From: an uncultured Holophagales bacterium
Lineage (GTDB): Bacteria > Acidobacteriota > Thermoanaerobaculia > Multivoradales > UBA5704
Direction: 5' to 3'
Assembly: GCA_963842525.1 (NCBI GenBank)
Contig: CAWJGT010000009.1
Location: forward strand, 480,001-544,000
Length of the DNA stretch: 64,000 nt
Part shown: one piece after another, positions 20,435-30,506 of the stretch
Layout: every line of letters begins with the position of its first letter
Position numbering within the stretch: the first letter of the stretch is position 1
Program-made: the position numbers and the translations under genes
The notes under the pieces: model-generated
The model's database searches: none
Told to the model about the DNA's origin: nothing
What the model saw: only the letters and a program-made list of their open reading frames with translations

Positions 20435-22814
20435 ACGAGACGTGGGCGAGGGCCCGGCGGCGGAGCAGGTCGCCTCCGAAGGCCTCGTAATGCACTTCGT
20501 CCAGGAGGTTGCTGACGTCGATTCCAGCCTCCCAATGTTTGTGGACGAGATAGCTGACGTGCAGGTCCATCACCTCGTACGAGGGCACCGGCCCGATGTA
20601 GATCCCGGACGCCCAGGGGAAACCATCGACCCAGCGATAGCCGAGGGCTGCCGCGAACCGGTCTCCGCGGTAGATTCCGGAGATGCCGGCCTGCCACTCA
20701 GGGGCGTTCGGGATCACCTCGGCACCCGGAGTCGCCTCGCGGACTTCGAAATCGAACCAGGAGCCCGAGAGCTGCCACTGCCACTGCGGAGATGGCTGAT
20801 AGCTCAGCGCGAGCTCGACTCCCTGGCTGTCGACCCTGCCGGTGTTGGTGTTGGACACGACGACCAAGGGGGCTCCGCCCGGGCCGTTGGTCAGGCCCGG
20901 GATGAGCGACCGCAGAGTGCTTTCCACGGCGGCTGCCGCCGCCGGAGCGAGCTGCGAGGGAGCCTGGTAGGGAGGGAAGGCCGGGTTGGCGCCGGGCAGC
21001 AGATTGCTGATGAAATTCTCCATCCGGTTGCGGTAATAGTCGGTGGTCAGAAACCACCGGTTCCCCAGGATGCCCTGATAACCCAGCTCGAAGCTCCGGA
21101 TGTCTTCGACCTTGAGGTCCGGGTTGCCCAGCGCGAAGATGGGCACGCTGTCCAGGCCGAGGGGGACACCGCCGAGCAGCGGCGCGAGCGCGGCCTCGAC
21201 GGCTGACAGGTCGAGCGGCAGGCCGCCCGGCACGCGCAGGAACAGCTCCGTGTAATTGCCGACCTGGAAGGCCTCGTTGTAGGACAGACGCAGCGTATGG
21301 CTGGCGGCCGGAGCCCAGACCAGGGATGCCCGGGGCGAGACCCGGGAATCGTGCAATGTGCTGTCGTCCCAGCGCGCCGCGACCACCGCCTTGAGCCGGG
21401 AGGACAGGTCATAGGAGATCTGGGCGAACAGAGCCTCCTCCTGCGTGTCGACGGCATGGACGTAGAGCGTCTGCATACCATGGGGGTCGGCGCTGTCGAC
21501 CGCCTCGTCGAGATAGGAGATGCCGCCGACCAGGTGGCCCCTGCCGCGCGCGACCTCGCGCTCGCCCAACAGCTCCAGACGGTAGTTATCGCTTTCGTTG
21601 TAGAGCGGGACGCCAGCCTGGCGGGCGATCACCACGCCGGTGCGCTGGTTGTAGTGGCCCGCGAAGCTCCAGTGGAGCGCATCGTAGCCGGCGCGTGCCC
21701 ACGACCGCTCCCCCTCGATCTGTTGGAGCCGGCCGGCCTGCGCGACGAACGTCTCGCCGTCTCCCTGCCAGGTCCCGCCCTCGAGGGTGAGCAGGTCGCC
21801 ATCGGCAAGGTATTTGTCGAGCCGCAGGGAGCCTGCATCGACCTCGATGCCTCCCGGCACGAGGGGAACCACATCCCGCGGCAGCCCCGCATACTCGACC
21901 GTGTCGGTGCGCGGCTCGGTGAACGACTCGCTTTCCGTGTGGTTGCCGAGCAGCTTGAAATACCAGTCCCGTCCCAGGCTGCCGGCCCAGCGGGCCTCGG
22001 CCATGGCCGTATCGAGCTCGCCGGCCGTCAGCCGGATGGCGCCGCCCTGGCTGTCGCGGGGTGCCCGGGTCGTCAGGCTGAGCACGCCATTGATGCTGTT
22101 GGCGCCATAGAGGGCCGCCCCGGGCCCGCGCACGAGCTCCACGCTGGCGAGGTCGTCCGCGAGGAGGACCAGGGTCCACCACTCCATCCCGGATGTCTCG
22201 GGGATGGACGGATCGCGTCCGTCGATCAGGGTCTGGATGCGCCGCGTCAGGAAGCCGTTGAACCCGCGGGTATTGAGGTTGAAATCATAGAGGCCGCTCT
22301 GCGTCACCTCGGCTCCGGCGGTGAACCGCAGCAACGAGGCGATCTGCCCCGAGCCATTCTGGAGAGCGGCATCCGCCTCGCCGATGGCGGTCACCGCCGC
22401 CGGTGCCTCGACCAGGCGCTCCCTGCGCCGCGAGGCCGCGGAGACGGTGATCGTGTCGGCAAAGCTGAAGCTCCCTGCCACCTGCTTCTCGAGACGGGCC
22501 GCCCGGCCCGCCTCGACGACCGTTTCGCTGGGCGGCACGTCCAGCCCCTCCAGGTGGAAGGAGACGGTATAGGTGCCCGGCGGAACGCCGGCGAAGGAGA
22601 AGCTCCCGGCCTCGTCTGTGAGCACGGTGCGGCTGGTGGGCTGGAGCGTGACCTCGACCCCTCCCACGCCTCTCCCGTCCTCCGCGACAACCCGCCCTTC
22701 GATCCGGCCCGGGAGATCGTCCGAGATCTCCTGGTGGGCGCGGAGCGGGAGCGCGGGCGCTAGGAGCGGGCATAGCAGGCACACGATCAGGATGGACGTT
22801 CTCCGCATCACCAT
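20424..22814 (-). CDS. TonB-dependent receptor with N-terminal carboxypeptidase-regulatory-like domain
   Basis: Signal peptide; TITVSAASRR, NTRGFN, LIDGR, VELVRGPGAALYGANSINGVL plug; NPDLKVE, NLLDE; C-terminal aromatic W; RBS ggagg. Confidence 0.92.
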   Translation of the reverse strand: MVMRRTSILIVCLLCPLLAPALPLRAHQEISDDLPGRIEGRVVAEDGRGVGGVEVTLQPTSRTVLTDEAGSFSFAGVPPGTYTVSFHLEGLDVPPSETVVEAGRAARLEKQVAGSFSFADTITVSAASRRRERLVEAPAAVTAIGEADAALQNGSGQIASLLRFTAGAEVTQSGLYDFNLNTRGFNGFLTRRIQTLIDGRDPSIPETSGMEWWTLVLLADDLASVELVRGPGAALYGANSINGVLSLTTRAPRDSQGGAIRLTAGELDTAMAEARWAGSLGRDWYFKLLGNHTESESFTEPRTDTVEYAGLPRDVVPLVPGGIEVDAGSLRLDKYLADGDLLTLEGGTWQGDGETFVAQAGRLQQIEGERSWARAGYDALHWSFAGHYNQRTGVVIARQAGVPLYNESDNYRLELLGEREVARGRGHLVGGISYLDEAVDSADPHGMQTLYVHAVDTQEEALFAQISYDLSSRLKAVVAARWDDSTLHDSRVSPRASLVWAPAASHTLRLSYNEAFQVGNYTELFLRVPGGLPLDLSAVEAALAPLLGGVPLGLDSVPIFALGNPDLKVEDIRSFELGYQGILGNRWFLTTDYYRNRMENFISNLLPGANPAFPPYQAPSQLAPAAAAAVESTLRSLIPGLTNGPGGAPLVVVSNTNTGRVDSQGVELALSYQPSPQWQWQLSGSWFDFEVREATPGAEVIPNAPEWQAGISGIYRGDRFAAALGYRWVDGFPWASGIYIGPVPSYEVMDLHVSYLVHKHWEAGIDVSNLLDEVHYEAFGGDLLRRRALAHVSFKW

Positions 22815-22986
22815 AGCGCCTCCCGTGGGCAACCCGTTTTTCCAAGTTTCATCCACTTGTACCACAAATTGCCGGCTCGCTTCAAGGCGCCTTGCCGGCC
22901 TGCCGGGGACTCGACTATCATCTTTCCAGCCCTGCGAAAATGAGCCACTCCGGCGTTGTGGCTGCGCTGATCAGGAGCGGATTCGG

Positions 22987-23883
22987 ATGCTCGAGATCAC
23001 CTCTCCCAGAATTGGCAGGATCCCGCTCGGCCTCAGGCCGTGGTCCCGGCTCTGCGGCTGTGTGCAGCTCCTGCGTCCTCCCGAGGCCAGCCTCGTCACG
23101 CTCGCCACCCTGACCGGCGCTCATCTCGCGAAGGTCGGAGCGGACGCTCCGGGAGCTCTCTGGCCGATGGCTGCCTCGAACACCCTGCTGTTCGCGGCTT
23201 CGATGGCGCTCAACGACGCCTGCGACGCCGCCGAGGATGCGATCAACAAACCCGCCCGCCCGATCCCTTCGGGGCGGGTGTTTCGTACCGAGGCGCTGGT
23301 CCTGGCCTGTCTGCTGTTCGCCGTGGGGGTCCTCCTCGCGGGCCTGGTCCTGCCGCGGCTCGGCGCGGCGGCCGCCGTCGTGGTCCTCGCCAGCTTCGTC
23401 TATTCCCTCCGCCTGAAGCGGATCCCTCTGACGGGCAATGTCCTGGTGGCGCTGGTGACGGTCTATCCGCTGGCCTGCTGGTGGCTGGCCTTCCCGCGCG
23501 TTTCGAGGCTCCACCTCGGAGTGGTCCTGGGGGTGTTCCTCTTCCGGCTCGGGGCCGAGCTCGTGAAGGCCTCCGAGGACTTCGAGGGCGACCGCGCCTG
23601 CGGCATCCGGACGGTCGCCACGGCCTGGTCCACCGGCTTCGCGAACCGCCTCGGGGTCACCTTCCTGGCCCTGGCCCTGGCGCTCTGCTGGGGCCTGGCC
23701 GGGATCGCGCGGACGAGCGCCGCCTTCGTCCCGCTCCTGGGCCTGTCGTCGCTCCTGGTCGCCGCTGCCTGGCTCCGGACCTTCTTCTTCCCGCGGCCGA
23801 ACGACGGGCGCGCGCTCGTCGCGGTCGAACGCGCAGTCATGGTGATGATGTCGATCGCGCTCCTCCTGGGGCTCAGGCCCTGA
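22987..23883 (+). CDS. UbiA-family prenyltransferase (DGGGP-synthase-like)
   Basis: LLRP, NDACDAAEDAINKPARPIPSG (NDxxDxxxD), YS..LK, GNVLVA, ELVK..EDFEGD...G..T; multiple TM segments. Confidence 0.9.
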   Translation: MLEITSPRIGRIPLGLRPWSRLCGCVQLLRPPEASLVTLATLTGAHLAKVGADAPGALWPMAASNTLLFAASMALNDACDAAEDAINKPARPIPSGRVFRTEALVLACLLFAVGVLLAGLVLPRLGAAAAVVVLASFVYSLRLKRIPLTGNVLVALVTVYPLACWWLAFPRVSRLHLGVVLGVFLFRLGAELVKASEDFEGDRACGIRTVATAWSTGFANRLGVTFLALALALCWGLAGIARTSAAFVPLLGLSSLLVAAAWLRTFFFPRPNDGRALVAVERAVMVMMSIALLLGLRP

Positions 23884-24228
23884 GATGGCGCACCTCGGTA
23901 TGTGTTGTCCATACCTCGGCAGCCATCCTGTCAAACATAACTGAAGTCGTCACTTGTTTCTGGCGCTTGACCTCATCTAGGATTGTCTCCTATTCGCAAG
24001 AGCAAACTCGTCACCGGACGGGGATGCTGCCAGGGCGCGGATTTTCGGGGTCTGCGCACCGTCATAGGTGGAGAGCCAGATTTGCCGTCGTCTCACCCCT
24101 TTTCTGATCCTTCCCTCCGGTGCCCGCACCGCCCTTCGCGGGGTCCGCCCCGCCGGCCCGGCCTCCCCCTGATTGCCCCCGAGCGGCTTCTCTCCCCCCC
24201 TTCAACCCTCGATTGCAGGAGGTTCACG

Positions 24229-24840
24229 ATGTATCGATCGAAATATTGCGCAGGGCTCCTGGTGGCCATGCTCCTGGCCGGCGGCCTTCCCCTGTCTGCG
24301 AGCACCGTGCTCCAATTGAACCTGGCGCAGATGTGTGACCGCGCCGAATTCATCTTCCGCGGCACTCTCCTGGACGTCCGGGAAGGTACCGTGGACGCTG
24401 GCGGCGGCAAGCTCCCGACTGTCACCTATCGTCTCCGGGTGGACGAGTCCTTCAAGGGCTCGTACCAGGTCGTCAAGGGCATGCAGATTGCCGAGATCAC
24501 GATGGTCGGCAAGCTCAAGGCTGGCACCTCCTCGGGGATGCGAGCGATGCCGGTCCTGCCGGAGCCGCCGCGCCTGTCGGTCGGCCGGGACTACCTGCTG
24601 CTCACCACACCGGCCAGCGCCATCGGCTTGTCGACGACGGTGGGGCTGGACCAGGGCGCCTTCCTGGTCAGCGGCAAGCCGGGCCAGGAGCTCGCGGTCA
24701 ACGGCAACCACAACCGCGGCCTGCTCAACGGCATGGGCGCGTCGGCCGCCGCCGCCACCAAGACGGCCAGCACCTCGCCGGACGGACCGCTTCCGTACGC
24801 CGAGCTGGCACAACTGATCCGCGGCATCGTCGGGAACTGA
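24229..24840 (+). CDS. Secreted protein resembling a matrixin-protease N-terminal prodomain
   Basis: Signal peptide, then STVLQLNLAQMCDRAEFIFRG...TYRLRVDESFKG...P.L.VG.DYLLL...VGLDQGAF; RBS aggagg. Confidence 0.65.
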   Translation: MYRSKYCAGLLVAMLLAGGLPLSASTVLQLNLAQMCDRAEFIFRGTLLDVREGTVDAGGGKLPTVTYRLRVDESFKGSYQVVKGMQIAEITMVGKLKAGTSSGMRAMPVLPEPPRLSVGRDYLLLTTPASAIGLSTTVGLDQGAFLVSGKPGQELAVNGNHNRGLLNGMGASAAAATKTASTSPDGPLPYAELAQLIRGIVGN

Positions 24841-24853
24841 GAGGAGAACGACC

Positions 24854-27491
24854 ATGAAAAAGAATGTACTGCGAATCTCCGCTCGGCTCACCGCGGTCCT
24901 GCTGTTCTGCCTGGCCGTCCCCGCTTTCGCCGCCGGCCCGTTGATCGTCTGCAACCCCGGCCAGCCGTACCTGTGGCCCAACGGCGGCACCAACATCCCG
25001 TACAACCCGGACCAGGGGCCGCTCGGGCCGCTGGACAACGGGGACGCGGTCACCCTGGTGGCCGACTCGTTCCAGCAGTGGGGCGACATCCCGTCCGCCT
25101 CGACCACCTACCTGCAGGGCGCGGCGTTGCCGGAAGACGTCGACGTGGATAACTTCTTCCCCTATGTCTTCCCTGACGCTCCGGACGGCCTGTCCGCCAT
25201 CGTCTTCGACGACACCGGGGAGATCTTCGACCTCCTCTTCGGACCCGGCTCGGGAGTCCTGGGTTTCGCCGGCCCGGAGTGGATCAACCCCGCGACCTGC
25301 GAGGTCATCGAAGGCGCGGCGTTCCTCAACGGCGCCGCCTTCGGCGATCCGCAGGAGGCGTTCGACGTCATCGTGCACGAGTTCGGCCACTACCACAACC
25401 TGGCCCACACCGTGGTCAACGGCCAGATCGCGCTCGGCGACCACTCCGGCCCGACGCCGAACGACACGTTCCCGATCGGCTCGCTGGTCAACCTGATCGA
25501 GACCATGTACCCGTTCTACTTCGGCACGGCGGCAGGGACGTCCACGCCGCACCCGGACGACGTCGCAAGCCTGGCGGCGCTCTATCCGGAGCCCAGCTTC
25601 GCCACCACCACCGCCACGATCACGGGTACGATCTTCGGGCCGAACGGCACGACGCCGCTGACCGGCGTCAACGTCATCGCCCGCAACGTCGCCAACCCGT
25701 TCGTCGACGCGGTGTCGGCCATCTCGAGCGACTTCGCGGTCGACTACACGCCGGGACAGCCGTTCGTCGGCGTCTACACCCTGCGCAACCTCACACCCGG
25801 TGCCCAATACGCGGTGTTCGTGGACGAGATCCTGGCCGGTGGTTTCAGCACGCCGCCGCTCTTCCCCCTGCCTGGCCCCGAGGAGCTCTACAACGGCGCC
25901 GGCGAATCGACCAACGGCGCCACCGACGATCCGGCGGTCTTCACCGCGGTGTCCGCGGCGGCCGGCGGCACGGCGAGCGGCATCAACATCCTGTTCAACT
26001 CGCCGGCGCCGAACACTCCGCTGCCGGTGGGCGATGACGGCTCGGTGGAGCTCTTCCTGCCGTTTACCTTCAAGATCTGCGATCAGGCCTTCGACTCCGT
26101 GTTCGTCAACGGCAACGGCAACCTGACGTTCGGCACCGGCAACGGCGACTTCAGCGAGTCGATCGTCGAGTTCCTGGAAGGACCGCCGCGGATCGCCGGC
26201 GTCTGGGACGACCTGAACCCCGACGCGGGCGGAACCATCTTCTTCCAACAGACCTCGAACACCTTCACCGTGTTCTTCCAGAACGTGCCGGAGTTCGTTG
26301 CGACGGGCGCCAACACGTTCTCGATCAAGCTCCAGAAATCGTCCAACCACGTCGACATCACCTATGGCAGCCTGACCGCGACCGACGGTCTGGCGGGCGT
26401 GAGCTGCGGCGGGGCGATCACCTCGCAGTTCGAGCTGCCGGCCGACCTCAGCCAGAAGAACGGGCGCCAGGACCTCAAGGACCAGGCGGCCTTCTTCGAG
26501 CTGTTCGGGCTGGGCAACCCCATGGACCTGGCGAACCGGACGCAGAAGTTCAACGTCAAGGTCAAATACGACGACGACTTCGAGAACAACGACGACCTCT
26601 CTCATGCGCGCAACGTCGACCTGCCCTTCAGCACCGAGAAGCGCAGGGACTTCACCTCGATCGAGCCGGAGGGGGACGACGTGGACTTCTACAAGTTCCC
26701 CGTCAAGGCCGGGGACATCCTGGCGATCGAGACGGTCCGCGGCGAGCTTCGACACCTTGATCGGGGTCTTCGACGCCGATACAGGAGACCTGCTGATCGC
26801 GGATGACGACGGCGGCGACGGGCTGCTCTCGCGCCTCCTGCTGCAGGTCAACGAGGACCTGAGGCTCGCCGTGGCGGTCACGACCTTCCCGGACTTCGAC
26901 TTCACCGGCGACGGTGTGGGCAGCGGCCGGTACGTGCTCCAGATCAACACCTACCAGGGCACCGTCCTGGCGGCGGGCGACGACACGTCCACGCCGCTCA
27001 ACCTCGGCTTCAACTTCCCATTCAATGGCACCAACTACAACAGCGTCTTCGTCAACTCCAACGGCAACCTGACCTTCGGCGCGGGCAGCACCGACTTCAG
27101 CGAAACCGTGCCGGAATTCCTCGCCGGACCGCCGCGGATCGCTCCGCGCTGGGACGACCTCGACGCCACCTTCGGCGTGGTCATCGCCTCGCCGGATGAC
27201 GACGACAAGATGACTATCCACTTCGTCAGCGTTCCGGAGTTCTTCTCCACGTCACCCAACTACTTCTCGGTGGAGCTCGAGGACGACGGCGACTTCGAAT
27301 TCGAATACCAGGCCAACCCGCGCACGGATGGCCTGACCGGCATCACGCAGGGCGGCGGTGCGGCCAATCCCGGCGAGACGGACCTGTCGGACGACGACGA
27401 CTACCCGGCGGACGGCACGCTCTACGAGCTCTTCGGGACCGACGTCTTCACATTCGACCTGTTCTACACCGACTTCGAGTTCGAAGACTAG
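24854..27491 (+). CDS. Secreted metzincin (matrixin-like) metalloprotease with NIDO-like repeats and PPC domain, frameshifted near 26745
   Basis: HEFGHYHNLAH plus Met-turn (ETMYP); two copies of SVFVN.NGNLTFG...FL.GPPRIA..WDDL; DVDFYKF...DT.I...DDDGG PPC-type segment. Confidence 0.85.
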
Positions 27492-27522
27492 ACACGACGG
27501 CTCGCCGGCCGGCGAGCTTTTG

Positions 27523-27560
27523 AACGCGGCGGTGGGGGTCACCTCACTGCCGCGTTTTTT
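27523..27560 (+). terminator. Rho-independent terminator
   Basis: aacgcggcggtgggg...cctcactgccgcgtt stem followed by a T run, between convergent genes. Confidence 0.7.
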
Positions 27561-27564
27561 GTGT

Positions 27565-28542
27565 TCAGGAGCCGGGTGCCTGCGGCCGGGCGAAGTCCTG
27601 GACCCACATCACCTTGTACCGGTGCTCGTAGGTGCCGACCGCGATGCCCACGCCGAGCTGGGTGAAGCGCCGGTCCAGCATGTTGCGCCGGTGGTCGGTG
27701 CTGTGGAGCCAGGCCTCCACGACCGTTTCGGCGTTGAAATGCCCGGCGGCGATGTTCTCGGCCACCAGGTCGGGGACGTAGTCGCGCGCCCGCACCCGGT
27801 CGTAGGGAACGGTCCCGTCCAGGCTGCGGTGCGCATAGTAGCTCCGCGCCAGCATGTCGTCGGCGTGCGCCTGGGCCGCCGCGGTCAGCCGCGGCTCGAG
27901 CTCCACCGGCGGCACGCCGGCCTCCCGGCGCGCCGCGTTGACCCGGGCGAGGACCGCCGTGCGGGCTGCCTGGAGGTCGGCGAGCGCCCGGGTTTCGCGC
28001 ACGAAGTATTCGCTGCGCGGCCAGGCGAGGAGGAAGACGTAGAGCGGCTCGCCGTTGAGCCGGGCGACGCCGATCCCCACGTGCTGGTAGTCCGGGTCCA
28101 GCGCCTGGGGATAGTTGGGGTCCTGCTTCCAGGCGGAGAGGGCCGCTTCGATGTCTCCACGCGGCGCCGTGGTCACGCTCTCGGTCCACCCGTGCGCGGA
28201 GTAGCCGGCCCGCGCCAGCCAGGACTGCACCTTGCCGAGGAGGCTCATCGCCTCGCTCTCGCCGGGCAGCGCGCCGCGCGCCTCGATCTCGGCGGCCCGC
28301 TTCTGCGCCACCTGGTCGAGCGCCGGCAGGGGAGCGACGAGAGGCACCCCGGCCACCTCGCGGTCGTGGTTGAGCCGGACGACGAGCTCGTGCCGCAGCT
28401 CCGCGGAATCCTGAGGCGCGGCAGAGCCCCTCACCCCCGGCCCCTCTCCCATCGCCCCCCCTTCCCCCGGGAGAGGGGAGAACAGCAAGACACCGCCAGC
28501 CAGAACCAGGCCCGCCAGCAGGAGGAGCCCGCGGGCCTTCAT
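27565..28542 (-). CDS. Secreted protein with two CAP (SCP) domains
   Basis: LNHDRE.AG...HVGIGVA; VNAARREAG...AAQAHADDM..RSYYAH...AENIA...WLHSTDHRRNML...WVQDF. Confidence 0.88.
   Translation of the reverse strand: MKARGLLLLAGLVLAGGVLLFSPLPGEGGAMGEGPGVRGSAAPQDSAELRHELVVRLNHDREVAGVPLVAPLPALDQVAQKRAAEIEARGALPGESEAMSLLGKVQSWLARAGYSAHGWTESVTTAPRGDIEAALSAWKQDPNYPQALDPDYQHVGIGVARLNGEPLYVFLLAWPRSEYFVRETRALADLQAARTAVLARVNAARREAGVPPVELEPRLTAAAQAHADDMLARSYYAHRSLDGTVPYDRVRARDYVPDLVAENIAAGHFNAETVVEAWLHSTDHRRNMLDRRFTQLGVGIAVGTYEHRYKVMWVQDFARPQAPGS
28427..28483. repeat. REP-like palindrome inside the CAP gene
   Basis: cccctcacccccggcccctctcccatcgccccc...gggagagggg; same family as 557-762. Confidence 0.75.
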
Positions 28543-28669
28543 CGCGCTGGCGAAAGCCGCTATACTGACCCTACTTTTTGGATCGTAGATCCCTGAGGTG
28601 GGTTGGGAGCGCGGCGGAAACCGCGGGCCGTGGTCAGCGTATAGGCAGTTGACGAAACGGAAATTTCTC

Positions 28670-29506
28670 ATGGCCGACCTGAATGTACCCCGCGAGCGTC
28701 TGGTCCAGATCCTCCAGTCCCCCGAGAGCGAGATCGACCTGGGCGAAGCGGCCCTGGTGATCGCCGCCGAAGAGCAGCCCGGGCTCGATCCCTATCCCTG
28801 GCTCGACCGCCTGGACGAGCTCGGCGACCGCCTGCGCTCGCGCGTGCGGGGTCTCCGCGGCGAGCTCGACCGTCTCGGCCGCCTGAACCGGTTCCTCTTC
28901 GGCGAGGAGGGGCTGCGCGGCAATCTGGAGGACTACTACGATCCGCGCAACAGCTACCTCAACCAGGTCCTCGACCGCCGGCTGGGCATCCCGATCACGC
29001 TGGCCGTGGTCTGCCTGGAGGTCGGGCGCCGCGCCGGCGTGCCGCTGGAGGGCGTCGGCTTCCCCGGCCATTTCCTGCTGCGGCTCGTCCATCATCCGGA
29101 GGTCCTGATCGATCCTTTCGACCGTGGCCGGCTGCTCACGCGGACCGACTGCGAGGATCTCCTGGCCCGGCTGACCCGGGGGAGCATGGAGTTCGAGCCC
29201 CGGCTGCTGCGTCCCGCCGGGCCGCGCCAGATGATCCAGCGCATGCTCAACAACCTGCGGGGCATCTACGAGCACCACGGCGAGCTCGACCGCGTCGTCT
29301 CCGTCCTCGACCGGCTGCTGCTCCTCGATCCCGAAGACCCCGAGCCGCTGCGCGACCGCGGCCTCCTCCAGGTCCGTTGGGGCGATCCGGAGAGCGGCGC
29401 CGCGGACCTCGAGAGCTATCTCGCCTCCGAGCCTCTCGCCCAGGACTACGACGAGGTCGCGAGGATCCTCGCCGAGGCCCGGCGCGGGCTGCGGTATCCG
29501 AGCTGA
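28670..29506 (+). CDS. SirB1-family transglutaminase-like + TPR protein
   Basis: GNLEDYYDPRNSYLNQVLDRRLGIPITL, GVGFPGHFL, IDPF, RMLNNL, RDRGLL. Confidence 0.92.
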   Translation: MADLNVPRERLVQILQSPESEIDLGEAALVIAAEEQPGLDPYPWLDRLDELGDRLRSRVRGLRGELDRLGRLNRFLFGEEGLRGNLEDYYDPRNSYLNQVLDRRLGIPITLAVVCLEVGRRAGVPLEGVGFPGHFLLRLVHHPEVLIDPFDRGRLLTRTDCEDLLARLTRGSMEFEPRLLRPAGPRQMIQRMLNNLRGIYEHHGELDRVVSVLDRLLLLDPEDPEPLRDRGLLQVRWGDPESGAADLESYLASEPLAQDYDEVARILAEARRGLRYPS

Positions 29507-29510
29507 GGCC

Positions 29511-30404
29511 CTACCTCGCGCCGAAATTCTGCACCCAGATCACCCGATAGCGGCCGTCCTTGCCGCGATGGGTTACCAGGCCGACCCCCAGCTCGTTGAA
29601 GCTGGGATTGAGGATGTTCTTGCGGTGCACCGGGCTGTTCAGCCAGGTCTTCACGACCTCGTCGACCGTGAACTGCCCCTCGGCAATGTTCTCGGCGATC
29701 GTCTTCCAGTCGTAGCCGGCCGCGGTCGACCGCTCCCGCACGGTGGTGCCACTCGGGCTCTGGTGCGCGAAGTAGCCGCGTTCCAGCATGTCCTCGGCGT
29801 GCTCCTGGGCGGCTTTCTGAAGGCGGCCTTCCAGCTTGACCGGCGGCGCGCCGGCCCGGCGCCGGGCGGCGTTGACCTCTTCCAGCATCGAGGTCCGCAC
29901 CCCGTCCGTGTTGCGCAGCGTGGCGGTCGACTTGAGGAAGAACTCCTTCTCGGGCACGGCGAAGACGAAGGTGTAGAGCGGCACGCCGCGCAGGCGGGCG
30001 ATGCCGATCCCCAGGTCGCGGTAGTCCCCGTCCATCAGGGCGTCCCAGGTGCCGTTGTTCTGGGATTTCCACTGCTGGAGGACCTCGGCGAGGCCGCCCG
30101 TCGAGGCGGTGACGCTCTCGACCCACTCGTGGGCGTCATAGCCGGCCCGCTTCAACGATGCGTTCATCTCGTCCTCGGAGCCGCGCGCGAAGCGCAGGTT
30201 TCCCCGCCGGGCGATCTCGTCGGCGTGCTGCTGGGCGACGCCGTCGAGCGCATCCACCAGCCGCAGCAGGGGGGCTCCGGCGCGCGTCCGCTCGGCGTTG
30301 ATGCGCTTGAGCACGTCGCTCCGCACGGGCAGGTCCTGGGCGGCGGCGGTCATGGCGGCTCCGGCGACGAGGAGGGCGAGGACGGCGTGGGTGGGCCTTG
30401 GCAT
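29511..30404 (-). CDS. Secreted protein with two CAP domains, paralog of 27565-28542
   Basis: INAERTRAG; AQEHAEDM..RGYFAH; AENIA; WLNSPVHRKNIL; WVQNFG. Confidence 0.88.
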   Translation of the reverse strand: MPRPTHAVLALLVAGAAMTAAAQDLPVRSDVLKRINAERTRAGAPLLRLVDALDGVAQQHADEIARRGNLRFARGSEDEMNASLKRAGYDAHEWVESVTASTGGLAEVLQQWKSQNNGTWDALMDGDYRDLGIGIARLRGVPLYTFVFAVPEKEFFLKSTATLRNTDGVRTSMLEEVNAARRRAGAPPVKLEGRLQKAAQEHAEDMLERGYFAHQSPSGTTVRERSTAAGYDWKTIAENIAEGQFTVDEVVKTWLNSPVHRKNILNPSFNELGVGLVTHRGKDGRYRVIWVQNFGAR

Positions 30405-30442
30405 ACCTGTGGGATCAACAGCGTCCGCAAGGCCGGCCATTC

Positions 30443-30478
30443 CAAGGACGACAAGGACACCAAGGACAGCAAGGACGA
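30443..30478. repeat. 9-bp tandem repeat, 4 units
   Basis: caaggacga caaggacac caaggacag caaggacga. Confidence 0.75.
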
Positions 30479-30506
30479 TCGGCCTCCTCTGATACCATGG
30501 CGCCGC

